The notes beneath the pieces are model-generated. The model ran no database searches, was not told the DNA's origin, and saw only the letters and a program-made list of their open reading frames with translations. A stretch of 64,000 bases of DNA, from positions 6,324,001-6,388,000 of the forward strand of contig OX597835.1 of the NCBI GenBank assembly GCA_951406725.2. Reading direction: 5' to 3'. Shown in pieces: positions 36,401 through 50,800 of this stretch. This stretch comes from Octopus vulgaris (taxonomy: Eukaryota). Made by a program: the position numbers and the translations under genes. Every line of letters starts with the position of its first letter. Positions within the stretch are counted from its first letter, which is position 1.

Positions 36401-39400
36401 CTAAACTTTTCATAACGACTTTTTGAAAGACTTTGTGGACACCCTGTGTGTGTGTTAGGGCACATGGTTCAGTGGTTAAAGCGTCAGGTTAACAATTGTG
36501 AGGTTATGTGTTCAATTCCTGAGCCGGGCTGTGTATTGTGTTCTTGAGCAGGACACTTTATTTCACATTTTTCCAGTTCACTCAGCTGTAGAAATGATTG
36601 CGACGTCACTGGTGCTAAGCTGTATCAGCCTTTGCCTTTCCCTTGGATAACATCGGTGGGGTAGAGAAGAAGGGAGGCTGGTATGCATGGGTGACTGCTG
36701 GTCTTCCATAAACAACCTTGCCTGGACTTGTGCCTGGGAGGAGAAGTTTCTAGGTGCAATCCCATGGTCATTTGTGGCTAAAGGGGCTCTTTGCCAGCGT
36801 CACCTCGACTGGCTTCCGTGCTGATGGCACGTAAAAAGCACCATCCGAATCATGGCCGATGCCAGTGCTGCCTCGACTGGTTTCTGTGCCGGTGGCACGT
36901 AAAATGCACCAATCCGACCGTGGCCGTTGCCAGCCTCGCCTGGCACCTGTGCAGGTGGCATGTAAAAAGCACCCACTACACTCACAGAGTGGTTGGCGTT
37001 AGGAAGGGCATTCAGCTGTAGAAGCACTGCCAGATCAGACTGGAGCCTGGTGCAGCCTTCTGGCTTCCCAGATCCCCGGTCGAACCGTCCAACCCATGCT
37101 GGCTTGGAGAACGGATGTTAAACGATGATGATGATGTGTGTGTGATGGAAAAAGAACTGGTGATGGTGTCACATAAAATGTGGCACTAGGAAGGGCTGCC
37201 ACTGTAGAAACCAAGCTAAAACAGACAATGGAACCTGGTATGGCCCCTGACCTCACCAGCTTCTGTCAAGCCTTCCAACTCATGCCAGCATGCAAAACGG
37301 ATGTTAAATGATGGTAATGACGATGCTGTCTCTTTTCTTTTCTTTTTTTCCTTCAGGTGCTGTTCCACCTCTATGCGTGCCCTCCAGATCACCGACCTTT
37401 ATTTCTTCTTGGCCCAGCAATCTGAGAGCCAGAAAGACATCACAAACGAAGCTACTTGTCTCACAGTCTTCCCCCTCCTGGAAGCAAACCTGTCACACTA
37501 TTCTCACACGGTGAGTAAACATTTCCTGCGACAAATTCTTGGACTCATTTGATTCCAATCTACCAGAGGCTGCCTCTAAGTTCCATGGCAGAAGACTATG
37601 TTCCTCTCCGAGTAATATTCTTGTGCATAGGTTTTCAAGCTGGTGTGCAAAGGAAGAAAAAATGTCCTGATGCAAGGTTTTTCAAGATAAAATAAAATCT
37701 TTTTAACTGAAGATGGTTGCCATGCTGGGGCACCATCTTCAAGAATTTTTAGTTGAATAAATCAACCCCAGGACTTACATTTTTAAAGCCTGGTACTTAT
37801 TCTATCAGGCTCTGTTGCCAAACCACTAAGTTACAGGGACGTAGCTACACCAATGCTGGTTGTCAAGCAGTACGGGGTTAGGAGGGTGCACGTACACAGA
37901 CACACATGCATATGACAAGCTTCTTTCAGTTTCCACCTTCCAATCCACTCACGAGGCTTTGGTTGGTTTGGGGCTATAGTAGAAGACACCGGCCCAAGAT
38001 GTCATGTATTGAGATTGAACATAGAGCCATGTGGTTGGGAAGAAAGGTTTCTTACCACACATCCACACATCTGCCTGCAACCAGCAGATATTCTTTGCAA
38101 AGAAAGACAGAATTTGCACACAATACAAATTTCTGTGCACAGCCAAAAAATTAAAAGGAACTTTGGTCTGGGTTTGATTTGCTCGACTCAAGGCAGTGCT
38201 CCAGCATGGCCAGTCAAATGACTAAAACAAGTAAAAGAGTAAAGACAAAAAAAAAGTTTGTTACACAGTTTAATCGGATAAGATATGTCTTCAATTTATA
38301 TTTTAATAAAATCATTTTTTATTTTATCAATTCATATTTTAATTTTAAATTTTGATTTGCTAATTATTCCTAAAATCAATTTATATTTTGTTTCGTTTTC
38401 TTTTAGATTCGTTTGCTGACTCTGCAGATTCTGTCACAGTTCCACTTGAAACTTCCTTTCCTTGAAGATCCTGTAAGTCAAAATAGATTTAGTCACCTGT
38501 ATTGAGTTCTACACTTCTTTGTTGCTGTTTGATTAACCCTTTAGTATTTAAACCGGCCATATCTGACCAAAATAGTTAATCTGACCAGATCCAGGCTCTC
38601 ACACCTACCCTACAATGTTATTCTACATTAAGTAATTACACCATCAAGATCTTGAAGATATGAGATAATGCATGATTAATTCAAATCAATGGGAATCAAT
38701 AAGCATTATGTTTGATGGAATAATCTGAACACTAAAGGGTTAAGCTACTTTTACCATCTTACTAGTGCATGCAATCACACACACACACACTAACACATAC
38801 ATACACACACATGCACACACACACATACACACACATTCTGTCTTTTCTCTGTTCCTTGGAAATAGATTCTCTTCTATCTCCACCACTCAGGCATTCTTAA
38901 TCCAAGTTCCTTTAACAGCTCACCTGGCCTTTTGGTCTTCTATAAGTCCTTCTACATCAATCGTTTTTTTATCTATGGACCCCTTTCATTACTATTTTAT
39001 TCTGGTGGACCCCCATAGCCTTCACTGTTTAAAAGCTAATTTTATAGAAACTTCTTTCAAAATCCCCTTTTTTGTTTTTCACACATTAACTCGTGTAGGT
39101 TGAATTATGTAAAATGTTAGAGAAAGAAACCCAGCTGTTTCTTGCAGTACATACCCATGCATACATCAAAAGCGAAATTTTTTTTAGGGGCCCTTAGAAT
39201 ATTGTTGTGGATCTTTAATTTACTATTTTGTCGCATGGACACCCAAAAGTCTTATATGAACCCTCAGGGGCCATATGGACTCCAGCTGAGAACCAAGAAC
39301 CACTGTCCTACATGGTACTCTATGTGGTACTCACCTGACCTTTAAGGCCTCCTACATGGCACTACATGGCTTTTAAGTCCTACATGGTACTCACCTGACC

Positions 39401-42400
39401 TTTAAGGCCTCCTACATGGCACTACATGGCTTTTAAGTTCTCTTACATAGCACACACCAGGCCTTGAAGTCCCATGTGGTACTCACTGCAACTTCCCTTT
39501 TTCCTTCAAGATACTCACCAAAACTTTCTCTTCTACATGATACTCCTTATGATCAGGGCTGTGGAGTCAGAGTCAAAGACAATTAAGGGGTAGCTGGAGT
39601 CGGAGTCGGTAAAACCATATTGACTCCAACTCACAATATCTTTATTCTTTAATATAAACCAGTTACAAGATATAGGCCTACTCGGAGTACAAGCGTATGC
39701 ATATGCTTTATGAGATATGTAAACCACACACACTTAATTACATAAAGGGGAGTCGGAGTCGGAGGTGCCAACAGTATAAGAGTCGGAGTCGAAGTTTTTT
39801 GCTTTAGCACCATCTGAAGGTGGCCAATGCCAGTGCCGCCTAGACTGGCTTCCATGCCGGTGACACGTAAAAAGCGCTATCCGAATCGTGGCCGATGCCA
39901 GCGTCGCCTCGACTGGCTTCCGTGCCGGTGGCACATAAAAAGCACCATCTGAATCGTGGCCGATGCCAGCCTCGCCTTGCACCTGTGCAGGTGGCATGTA
40001 AAAAGCACCCACTACACTCACGGAGTGGTTGGTGTTAGGAAGGGCATCCAGCTGTAGAAACACTGCCAGATCAGACTAGAGCCTGGTGCAGCCTTCTGGC
40101 TCCCCAGATCCCCGGTCGAACCGTCCAACCCATGCTAGCATGGAGAACGGACGTTAAACGATGATGATGATGATACTCTTTCTTTGTAGTACTCACTAAA
40201 AGCATGGTGAAGGAGATGTTACTTTTGGCTTGGTACAACACCAGGTTTCTTGAAAACATAAAATCCTCAATCCCTGACCATCTCTGTCTCCTTAAGGATC
40301 TCCTGGTTTTCTCTTTTCATCTTTCTGCTAATTTTTTTTCAGAGTCTGAACCAACCAGGAGTTTTCAGAATTTGTTTGGATGCTGAGAAAATTCCTCCAA
40401 CAGTTCATGACTTCAGGGAAACTTTGAGACATCTGCAGTACCTTGATGCCAAACTTGTCGACCGTAATATTCCTGTAGTGAACCCTCGTTTTGAACAGGT
40501 TAGTTGGAACATTCTTCATTTTTTTTCTTTTTTTTTTTTTGTCATTTTTAAATTCAGAGAGAGAGAGCATTGTACTGGGAGAACTTTTAGAGCATCAGAC
40601 AAAATGCCTTGCAATATTTGTTCTGAGTTCAAACCCTGGCAAGGTCAACTTTGCTATTTATCTTTCGGAATTGATAAAATAAAGTACCAGTGAACTATTG
40701 GGGTCAGTGGTATCAATGGTTGCCCACCACCACTGCTTAACAACCAGTATTGGTTTGTTTACATCCCAGCATAGTAGTCTGGCAAATAAGTACCAGGCTT
40801 AAAAGATAGAAAAGTACTGTGGTCTGTTTGTTTGGTTTGAACCTTTCAAAGCGATGCCCCAGCCTGGCCGCAGTCTAATGACTAAGATAAGTAGAAGAAT
40901 AAAAGAAAAAAAATAATTGTGGGAAGCTGGCTGAAGTATTAGCACACTGGCCAAAATGGTCAGTGGCATTTTCTCTGGCTCTTTAACGCTCTGAGTTCAA
41001 ATCCCATCAAGGTTGGCTTTGGCTTTCGCCCTTTTGGGATCAATAAAACAAAGTACTGATCAAGTACTGGGGTGGGTTTAACAACTGCCCATCTACCACT
41101 AAAATTTCAGACCTTGTACCCATAGCTACAAGAATTATTATTATTATTATTAAAGTGGCATCCTGGAGAAAATGCTTAGAAGCATTTTGTTTGTCTTTAG
41201 GTTCTGAGTTCAAATTCTGTCGGGGCCAACTTTACCTCTCATCCTTTTGGGGTCAATAAAACAAGTACCAGTTGAGCGCTGGGGATTGGTGTAATCAACT
41301 TAGCCCCTCCCCCAAAATTGCTGGCCTTGTGTCAAAATTTGAAACCATTATTATTATTATTATTTTTATTCCGCCGAGGTCGACTTTGCCTTTCATCCTT
41401 TCGGGGTCGATAAATTAAGTACCAGTAACACACTGGGGTCGATGTAACGATTTAATCCCTTTGTCTGTCCTTATTTGTCCCCTCTATGTTTAGCCCCTTG
41501 TGGGTAATAAAGAAATATATTATTATTATTATTATTCCATCTGTTTCTCTCTATTTTAATGATCTTTTCTAATTTCAGGTTCCTCTTCGTTATCTCATTG
41601 GTAATTTATTTATTAATTTCAAACCAATTTGGGAACCAGTTCACCGATTGATTGCTTCCCATGCTCTCTCGATGGCGAAAGATTCTTTCTGGGAAGTCTA
41701 TGGAAGCCATTTGGACAAATGCGCTTCAGTTTGTGGTAATTTTTTTTTTTTTTTTCCACTTTGTTAACCGTTTCTGAAGTCAGCCACTTTTTTTGTAGAC
41801 TTTTCCTCTCTTTTGCATAAACAGACCACCAGTCACCTTCACAACCACTGCCACTCTCACCACCAACACTATCACTTCCACTACCACCACCACCATCTCC
41901 GCTATCATCATTACCACCATCACTACTATCTCCACCTCCACTATCACCTCCGCCACTACCACCAACACTGTCAACACCATCACCACCACCACATGATCAC
42001 AGCAACACCACCATTATTATCATCCCCACTTCCCTTCCCTTTGGAAAGGAATGAATGTCACAGATTCTTATTTCTGTACCCTATAAGTTTTTATCCTTAA
42101 TTTTAAGTACGGAAAGTGGAAGATATTCCTGGAATCCAGATTCAAGCCTGGACTGAGTTTGCTTCATATAATGTCTAAGGAGGAATCGGAGAAGCAATAC
42201 AGTAAAAACTGTAGCTTTGAATAAATGAAATTCTGTGTTTTGGTGCAGTTTTTTTACACCTGTATACACCTGCCTTGCACACACACACACACATATATAA
42301 TATGGCAAACCTCAAAGCCATGAGATAATGCATGATTAATTCAAAACAATGTTGAGTAAATAAGGATTACATTTGACTGAGTAATCTCAATGCTAAATGG

Positions 42401-45400
42401 TCAAACCAGTCAGATCCAGACCAAATATTCAAACTGACTAGATCTGACCTTTCACACCTACCCAACATTGTCATTCTAAACAGAAACAAGTCACATCATT
42501 GAAATTTGAAAGCTGTGAGATAATACGTGATTAATTTGCAATGATGGAATAATCTAACATTACATTTGACAGAGTAATCTGAATGCTAAAGGCTTAAACT
42601 AGCCATATCTGGCCCAAATATTCTACCTGTTTTATATATGCAAACCAACCAGATCCAGCCTCTCACACCCACCCTACAATGTCATTCTAAAAATAGACTG
42701 TATGAGCAGGAGTGGCTGTGTGGTAAGTAGCTAGCTAACCAACCACATGGTTCCGGGTTCAGTCCCACTGCGTGGTATCTTGGGCAAGTGTCTTCTGCTA
42801 TAGCCCCAGGCCGACCAATGCCTTGTGAGTGGATTTGGTAGACGGAAACTGAAAGAAGCCCGTCGTATATATGTATATATATGTATATGCGTGTGTGTGT
42901 TTGTCCCCCTAGCATTGCTTGACAACCGATGCTGGTGTGTTTACGTCCCCGTCACTTAGCGGTTCGGCAAAAGAGACCGATAGAATAAGTACTGGGCTTA
43001 CAAAGAATAAGTCCCGGGGTCGAGTTGCTCGACTAAAGGCGGTGCTCCAGCATGGCCGCAGTCAAATGACTGAAACAAGTAAAAGAGTAGCATCATCAAA
43101 ATCTCAAATTCTATGAAATAATGCATGATTAATTCAAGGTTTAATATTCTCATTAAAATATATCTTAAGATTGTCTTGTTTTTCACTTTTGAAGCAGCAG
43201 GCATTAAATTATTGTTTTTTTTCCTTTTCCTATCGTTTCTAGAGGGAAGTGTTCCGGCTCCAAGTGTTATGACAACTTTTGAGATTGAAGAGAATGAGGA
43301 GGAATCTTCCATCCATTCGGATTTACTTCAACTTTTAATGGAGCAAGATTCCAGACCGAAATCGGACTTACTTAAACCGGACATGGAATTTTTCCGTGAA
43401 CATTTGTGGAAAAACATGTTGCTTTTTCCGCAAGTTTGTGAAGGAAACTCAAAACTACTGTCCTCCGTCTTGTTTAGATTTGTCAGGTATGTCCAAAATC
43501 TGTCTCTTGTCGGTTCCATGGCAATGGCACTGAAATATTGGTCTCAAATTTTGACATGAGGCCAGCAATATTGGGGTAGAGGATAAATTGATTACATCAC
43601 CCCAGTGTACAACTGGTACTTAATGATCAGGGCGGCGAGCTGGCAGAAACGTTAACACGCCAGGTGAAATGCGTAGCCGTATTTCGTCTACCGTTTCGTT
43701 CTGAGTTCAAATTCCGCCGAGGTCGACTTTGCCTTTCATCCTTTCAGGGTCGATAAATTAAGTACCAGTTACACACTGGGATCGATGTAATCGACTTAAT
43801 ACCTATGTCTGTCCTTGTTTGTCCCCTCTGTGTTTAGCCCCTTGTGGGTAGTAAAGAAATAGGTACTTAATGATCCTGAAAGGATAAAAGGCTAAGTCAA
43901 CCTTGGCGGAATTTGAACTCGGAATGTAAAGATGAACAATTAGCCCTCTAAGCATTTTACTCAGCATCCCTTAAACCATCAAAATATTTTGTTACAGTCA
44001 GCTTCACATTTCAGTATTTCATCATCCTCATCATTTAACATCCGTTTTCCATGCTGGCATGGGTTGAACAGTTAGGAGTTGGTAAGGCTGAGGGCTGCAG
44101 CTAGTTCTGTTGTTTGTTCTGATATGGTTTCTATGGTTGGATGCCTTTTCTAATGCCAACCACTTTACAGAGTGTACTGTATGCTTATTATGTGGCACCA
44201 GCACTGACAGGGTCACCAAGTATCTGCAAGATAAGCAATACATAGGCAGAAAAAAAAAATCTCTGCCAAAACAAACACTGTAGCCTGGGGTAGTTTTTCT
44301 ACCTGGCCAGCTCCTGTCAACTATTCTACCCATGCATGGAAGATGGGATGTTAAATGATGATGATGATGATAATGTATATAAACACACACATGCACACAT
44401 ATCAGTGTGTACATATACACATACGTGTATAAACACACACATGCAATCACACATCTGTATTTTTTTTTTGTGTGTTTTACAGAAATGAATATTACCAAGT
44501 GGATACGGAAAGTGCAGCACTGCAGAATATCATGTGCAAGGAATGGCGCCAGCGTAAAGAGAGGAGCTGGGATAAGGGTGAAAGTGATGAAGAGGAAGAG
44601 GCGGTGGAGGAGGAGGAGGTGGAAGAAGAAAAAGTGATGGCAAGTGAAGATGTTGATGATGAAGAGAGTGGTTATGAGGAGGAGGATGGTGGTGGTGGTG
44701 GCAGTGATGTTGAAGAAGAAGAGGAGGAGGAGGAGAACAGTGGTGATGATGAGGTGAAGGTGGAGGATATGAATACTGAAGAGGAGCCAAGGGAGACAGA
44801 TGAGGATGGAGAAGTAAAGGAAGAGGAGGAAGAAGGGAAAATGGATGTTGAGGAGAAGGAAGAGGAGGAAAAAGAAATGGAAACACCAAAGAAGAAGAAG
44901 AAGAAAAGGAATAGGAAGAAGAAAGCAAAGCAGGAACAAGATGAAGGCCACAACGAAACTGCTGCTCCTGCTCTTGTTGCTACTACAAAAGTACGTAAGC
45001 AGGAACCAGCAATCCTCAAGTAAGTTCTATGTCCAATTATACGCGCGCGTGTGTGTGTGTATATATATGTGTGTGTATATGTGTGTGAGTGCAGTGTGTA
45101 TATATTTGATTAATGAGAAAGATGGAAGACATGAGAATGTTTATTGATTGCTACGATTGTCTTGACCCAACTGGTATTGATCCCCCATGGGTGGGGTTAT
45201 GAACATTCTTGTATCTTCCATACCAGGTGTATACCATATGATTTATTGTCTTATATATCTAATCAAGCAAAGTAAAATCGCAGGTGGCATCAGATACGGA
45301 CATGGCCCCTGCATCCCTCTTTGGTTGAGTGATCCTAGTCATGCAGGATTTTGGGTGCTGGCGCCAAGTAAATGCACTCCTGTCGTGCTGGAATATTACA

Positions 45401-47813
45401 TCATCAGAGACTGATGCTAGTGTGAGTTGGGTGGGTTGGCAGGTTCGAATGAGTCGGAGGACTGCATTGAGGTCCACTGTCCACTTTGATATTGTTTCAA
45501 CAGCTTGATGCCCTTCGTAATGCCAACCACTTTACAACGTGTACTGGGTGCTTTTACATTGCACCTGCACAGGTACTTTCTTTTATGTGGCACCATCACT
45601 CCTCTTATGTGGAATCTGCATATGTGCCTTTTATATAGTGCCAGCACGGATGCCTCTAACATGGCACCGGTACGGGTACCATGTTATGTGGCATAAGCGT
45701 GGGTACCTTTTACTACGATTTTGTTAATTGTCTTTGGGGTGCCTGGGTAGTCGCGAACAGACATAGACAAACCTTCTCAGTCCTTCCATCTCAGCCATAA
45801 GGTGACAGCTGGAAGGGGAAGAGAGAGAAAGAGAAATGGGGGTTGCACCAACATTCAGGTAGGACTCATTTATGGCTAAGTAGGAGATAAAGAGTGCTGC
45901 TCAAAAGACAACACAGCACCCTGTCCAGGAATTGAACCCATTGCCATTACGATTGTAAGGTCAGTCCCCTAACCCCTAGGCCATATACATTTATAGAAAC
46001 TGGAGAAACAGTGTTGGCTATTTCCCCCCTTTAATGTCTAAATGTGATCTCACCTGTTCTAGTATATTTTCTTCTTCATTTCCTTCTCGTTTCTCTTTCA
46101 ATTCCAGGCAACTGTTGAACCATTTCGTCTTGTTCTCCAAATTCAAACATGGTGGTTCCTTGCATCAATCTCATCAGTTGAAGGAACTCTACAATAAGGT
46201 AACCTGTCCCAAACATAAGTTTATATAACTCTACAGTAAGGTAACCTGTCCTTAACATATCTTTATATATAAAAGTGAAGTTGTGTGTCTGTCTCCTACG
46301 ATTTAGATTCCTAACTACTCCCACATTTTGCGGTGCAGTGTAACCAAAAGCGGGTATCTTATAGTCGTGATTCATATCGAGCCCTTCTGTGTATTAGCCC
46401 GCGTCTACGATGAGTCTACGATTTAAAAAAAAATTTACCATCATTTTTTTTCCATTCTAACGCATTTTTTTCGCTATTATATAAGGGAAGTAACTCTCTA
46501 AAAATGTCTGCGATGAGTCAACGATTTAAAAAAAATTTACCATAATTTTTTTTTTTTTCCATTTTTTTTGCTATTTTTTTGCTATAACTCTCTGAAAATG
46601 CTTATATAGTTATTTCCCTTACAAACCCGAGCAACGCCAGGCGATACTGCTAGTAATACATATAACGTATTTGATGGCATACAAGATGCACTTTTCTAAC
46701 AAAAAAATGCCTCAAATCACCCTGGGGCCTATATGTAAAGATCGGCCTTCATTTCATGCTTTAATGATGTAAAAAACTTCTCTGTTTCTAGAATATGCTC
46801 TGCTGAGCTTGGTTTGTATCTAATATGCCAGGACATCTTTTATGCCATCAAATATGGTCAGTAACTCCTACAAACTAACTTTGCTATAAAACAACATATC
46901 CAAAACAACTCTACATATTTAGCAATTTAGTATTTAAACCAGATACTTACTCTTTTACTTGTTTCAGTCATTTGATTGTGGCCATGCTGGAGCACCGCCT
47001 TAGTTGAGCAAATTGACCCCAAGACTTATTCTTTGTAAGCCTGGTGCTTATTCTACCGGTTTCTTTTGCCGAACTGCTAAGTTACGGGGACGTAAACACA
47101 CCAGCATCAGTTGTCAAGCGATGTTGGGGGACAAATACAGACACACAAACACATACACGCACACACACACATACATATACATATATGCATATATACGACG
47201 GGCTTCTTTCAGTTTCCGTCTACCAAATCCACTCACAAGGCTTTGGTCGGCCCGAGGCTATAGTAGAAGACACTTTCCCAATGTACCACGCAGCGGAATT
47301 GAACCTGGAACCATGTGGTTGATATACAAGCTACTTACCACACAGACACTCCTAACCCTATGGATTGAATTTACTGAGGTAGATTTTCTACAACTGGTTT
47401 GTAACTTAGCGGTTCGGCAAAAGAGACCGGTAGAATAAGTACTAGGCTTGCGAAGTATAAGTCCTGGGGTCGATTTACACACCTAACGGTGCTGCTCCAG
47501 CACGGCCACAGTCACATGAGTGAAACAAGTAAAAGAGTAAAAGAGGACATGATGATGATGATGTCTTACTTCTGCTCTGTCTTCCATTCCCTCCGCCCTC
47601 TCCACTTCCACCCTCTCCTGTCCTACATCATCTCGTTTGTCTCCCAATTCCCCCTCCTTCCTCTCCCGTCTCCCAACTTGCATTGACTCCGTTTTCTCTC
47701 TCGTCTCTTCAGTTTCTTCAACATCGAGATCTCAAAGTTCAGAAGATGGCATTCGAGTGTCTCATGACTTTCCCAAACAAAGACGTCAACCCTTACAGGT
47801 GAGTTCCACTCTT

Positions 47814-47849
<36 letters not shown>

Positions 47850-50800
47850 TCTCTCTCTCCTCTCTCACTCTCTTTCTCTCTCTCTCACTCTCTCTCACTG
47901 TCTCATTTCAATTCTTTCTCTCTCCCCTCTCGCTCTCTTTCATCTTTTTCTCTCTCCTCTCTCTCTCTCTCACTATCTTATCTCTATTTCAATTCTTTCT
48001 CTCTCATCTCATCTCTCTCTCTTTCTCTCTCTCTCTGTCTCTTGTAAGTAAATCTCATAGACCCCACCCCCCCACCCCATTTTCTGTATATTTCTGTGCA
48101 TGTACTTTTGATATTCTGCTCTAATTGCGATCAGACATCCCTGACACACAGACAGCCTTGTTTGTTCTCAATCATCCATGAAAATACTCCGACCAGTCGG
48201 AATGTCATTAACGTATATATACACTATTTATACGCCCTTTGCCTTTATACTTAACTAAACACCATGCTGCCAGTAAAAATATTTCTTAAACATACACACA
48301 TACCTTCTGCTATATAGTGATAGTCTTGTTGGTTACTATGGTGACAACACTATATCTTTCACACACACACACACACACTCTCTCTCTCTCTCTCACTGAA
48401 TTTCCCTCATCAACAACAACATAGTTAAAGTCATTTTTTAAAGTCTTTGTTGTGTTGTCTCTATGTTGAAAGGCATGCAGAGACGCACAGACAGACATAC
48501 AAGCAATAAAAAAAAAAGAAATAACTATCTGTATTGTTAGATAATGAAATTCTTTCTTATTTGAAGTCTGTGTTGTATCAGCAGACATGCACTTATAATT
48601 CTCACATTTCTAATCAAAACTAGTTCATTACTATGGTGACAACACTATCTATCTCTCTTTCATACACTCCATCTCACTGTATTTTTCTCCTCCCCTTCTT
48701 CCCCTCCTTCACATACATATCTTGTGATAGACAGATCAGCTTCGCTTTTATATAAGATTTCTACAAAATCATTTATTTTATTTGTTTGTTTTGTTTATTT
48801 GATAAATATTTTTAGAATCACAAATATTTTTTTTTTTTTTTCAGGGAGAATTTGATTCATATTCTGGAAAATAAAGGATTCCGTGCTGAATTAGCTCGTT
48901 TCAATTTGGACTCCAGTTGTTGCATTCTGAAGAAGGAACATCGCACGAGTGTCTTTCAAATATTGTCCAGGTAAGACTCGGTGATATGTGGAGGCACATG
49001 GCTTAGTGGTTAAGGTGTCAGCATCATGATCGTAAGATTGTGGTTTCGATTCCTGGACCGGGCAATGCGTTGTGTTCTTGAGCAAAACACTTAATTTCAC
49101 GTTGCTCCAGTCCACTCAGCTGGCAAAAATGAGTAATCCTGCGATGGACTGGCATCTCGTCCAGCTGGGGAACACATACGCCATTTTAACCGGGAAACCG
49201 GGTCCATGAGCCTGGCTAGGCTTTAAAAGGACGCATTTATTTAGTTTTTAAGACTTGGTAAAGGCAGTTATGGTGGTTGCTGTTGATGTTTGTTTGTTTG
49301 TTGAGCGAAGTGGTCTTCGTTCCATTAGTGGAAGAAGTCCGAAACGTGGACATGGCTCTGTGGTAAGAAGTTTGCTTCCCAGTTACATGGTTCTAGGTTT
49401 AGTCCCACTGTGCGGCACATTGGGCAAGTGTCTTCTACTCGAGCCTCAGGTTGACCAAAGCCTTGTAGACAGAAACTGAAAGATGCCTGTCGTGTATATG
49501 TATATCTAAGTGTCTGTGTCTTTGTGTCTACGTTTGTCCCCCCCAACTACTTGACAACCAGTGTTAGTGTGTTTACGCCCCCATAACTTAGCAGTTCAGT
49601 GGAAGGGAGCAATAGAATAAGGACCAGGTTTTAACAAAAATAGAAAAAAAAATTAATTTTGGAGTTGATTCATTCAACTAAAATTCTTTAAGGCCGTGCT
49701 CCAGCATGGCCGTAGTCTGATGACTAAAACAAGTAAAAGAATTAAAGAAAAGACGGGAGATGATCTTGTTTTTTTTTTTTTCTTTTCATTTCTATTACTG
49801 ATGAGTATTGTGTTCGTTTTATATTAAAGGATACTCTGTGGAGTTTTGAAAAACAAGAAAACACCTGAGTCAAAGAAAGGGCAGGTGTTCACCTTCTTTT
49901 GTGGCTGCAGTCTCCAAGAAAGAATTAATTTTGTTGAAGTCGTCTTAAAGCCATGGTTGGATTTCTCGGCAAGTAAGTCCTGTTTTATTCTTCTCATTCT
50001 ACTCGTCTTGAAAAGTGCAGAGCTGCCGGATAGTTTATCAGCAGAGGAATTTCAACATACGTCACCATTTTTTTTTTCTTTGGTTTTCATGTGAACGCAC
50101 CAAGTGTAAATATACATCTGCAGGCTGGGCTGTTTGGTTGAGAAGTTTACTTTGAATCTACATTGTTGAGGGATTGGGTTATACCATAAGTAATGCAAAA
50201 TTATTTATATTAACTGACATAAGTGGTTCAAATTGAATGTGTTCTCCCCTTTAAGCTCTTTTGTCCTGCAGATTACAAGGCAACCTAACTGGTGCTGGTG
50301 CCACAACACAAAGAAAGCACTTAGTACATTCTGTAAAGCAGTTGGCATGAGGAAGGACAGACATCCAGCTATAGAAATCATGCCAAAAGAGAGACAATGG
50401 ATCTCCCTGGGGCTGTCCTGACTCATCAGATCTTGTTCAACTGTTAAACCCATGGAAAGTGGATGCAATATGATGAAGAGGAAGGACTGACATAGGTGGT
50501 TCAAATAGTACATGTCTCTTTCCTATTCTTCTTTGAGTTATGGAAACCTTTAAGCTCTTTAGTCCTACAGATGACATGGCAACCTAATTGGTGCTGGTGC
50601 CACCAAGAAAAAATAGCACTCAGTACATGATACATTCTACATTATTTACATTCGATGGATAATTGTCATCTTGTTTGTTGTTAACATGTTTCGGCTGATA
50701 TACCCTCCAGCCTTCATCAGGTGTCTTGGGGGAAATTTCGAACCTGGGTTCTCATTCCAAAGGTATTTTTCAATGTTGTTATTATTATTATTATTATTAT

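Noticed and set aside
41780-42100. His-rich or Val-rich protein
   Set aside because: Intronic CAC/CAT low-complexity tract without splice support
44031-45019. Long minus-strand ORFs (306, 132 and 115 aa)
   Set aside because: Antisense shadows of the GAR-rich UTP20 exon 23
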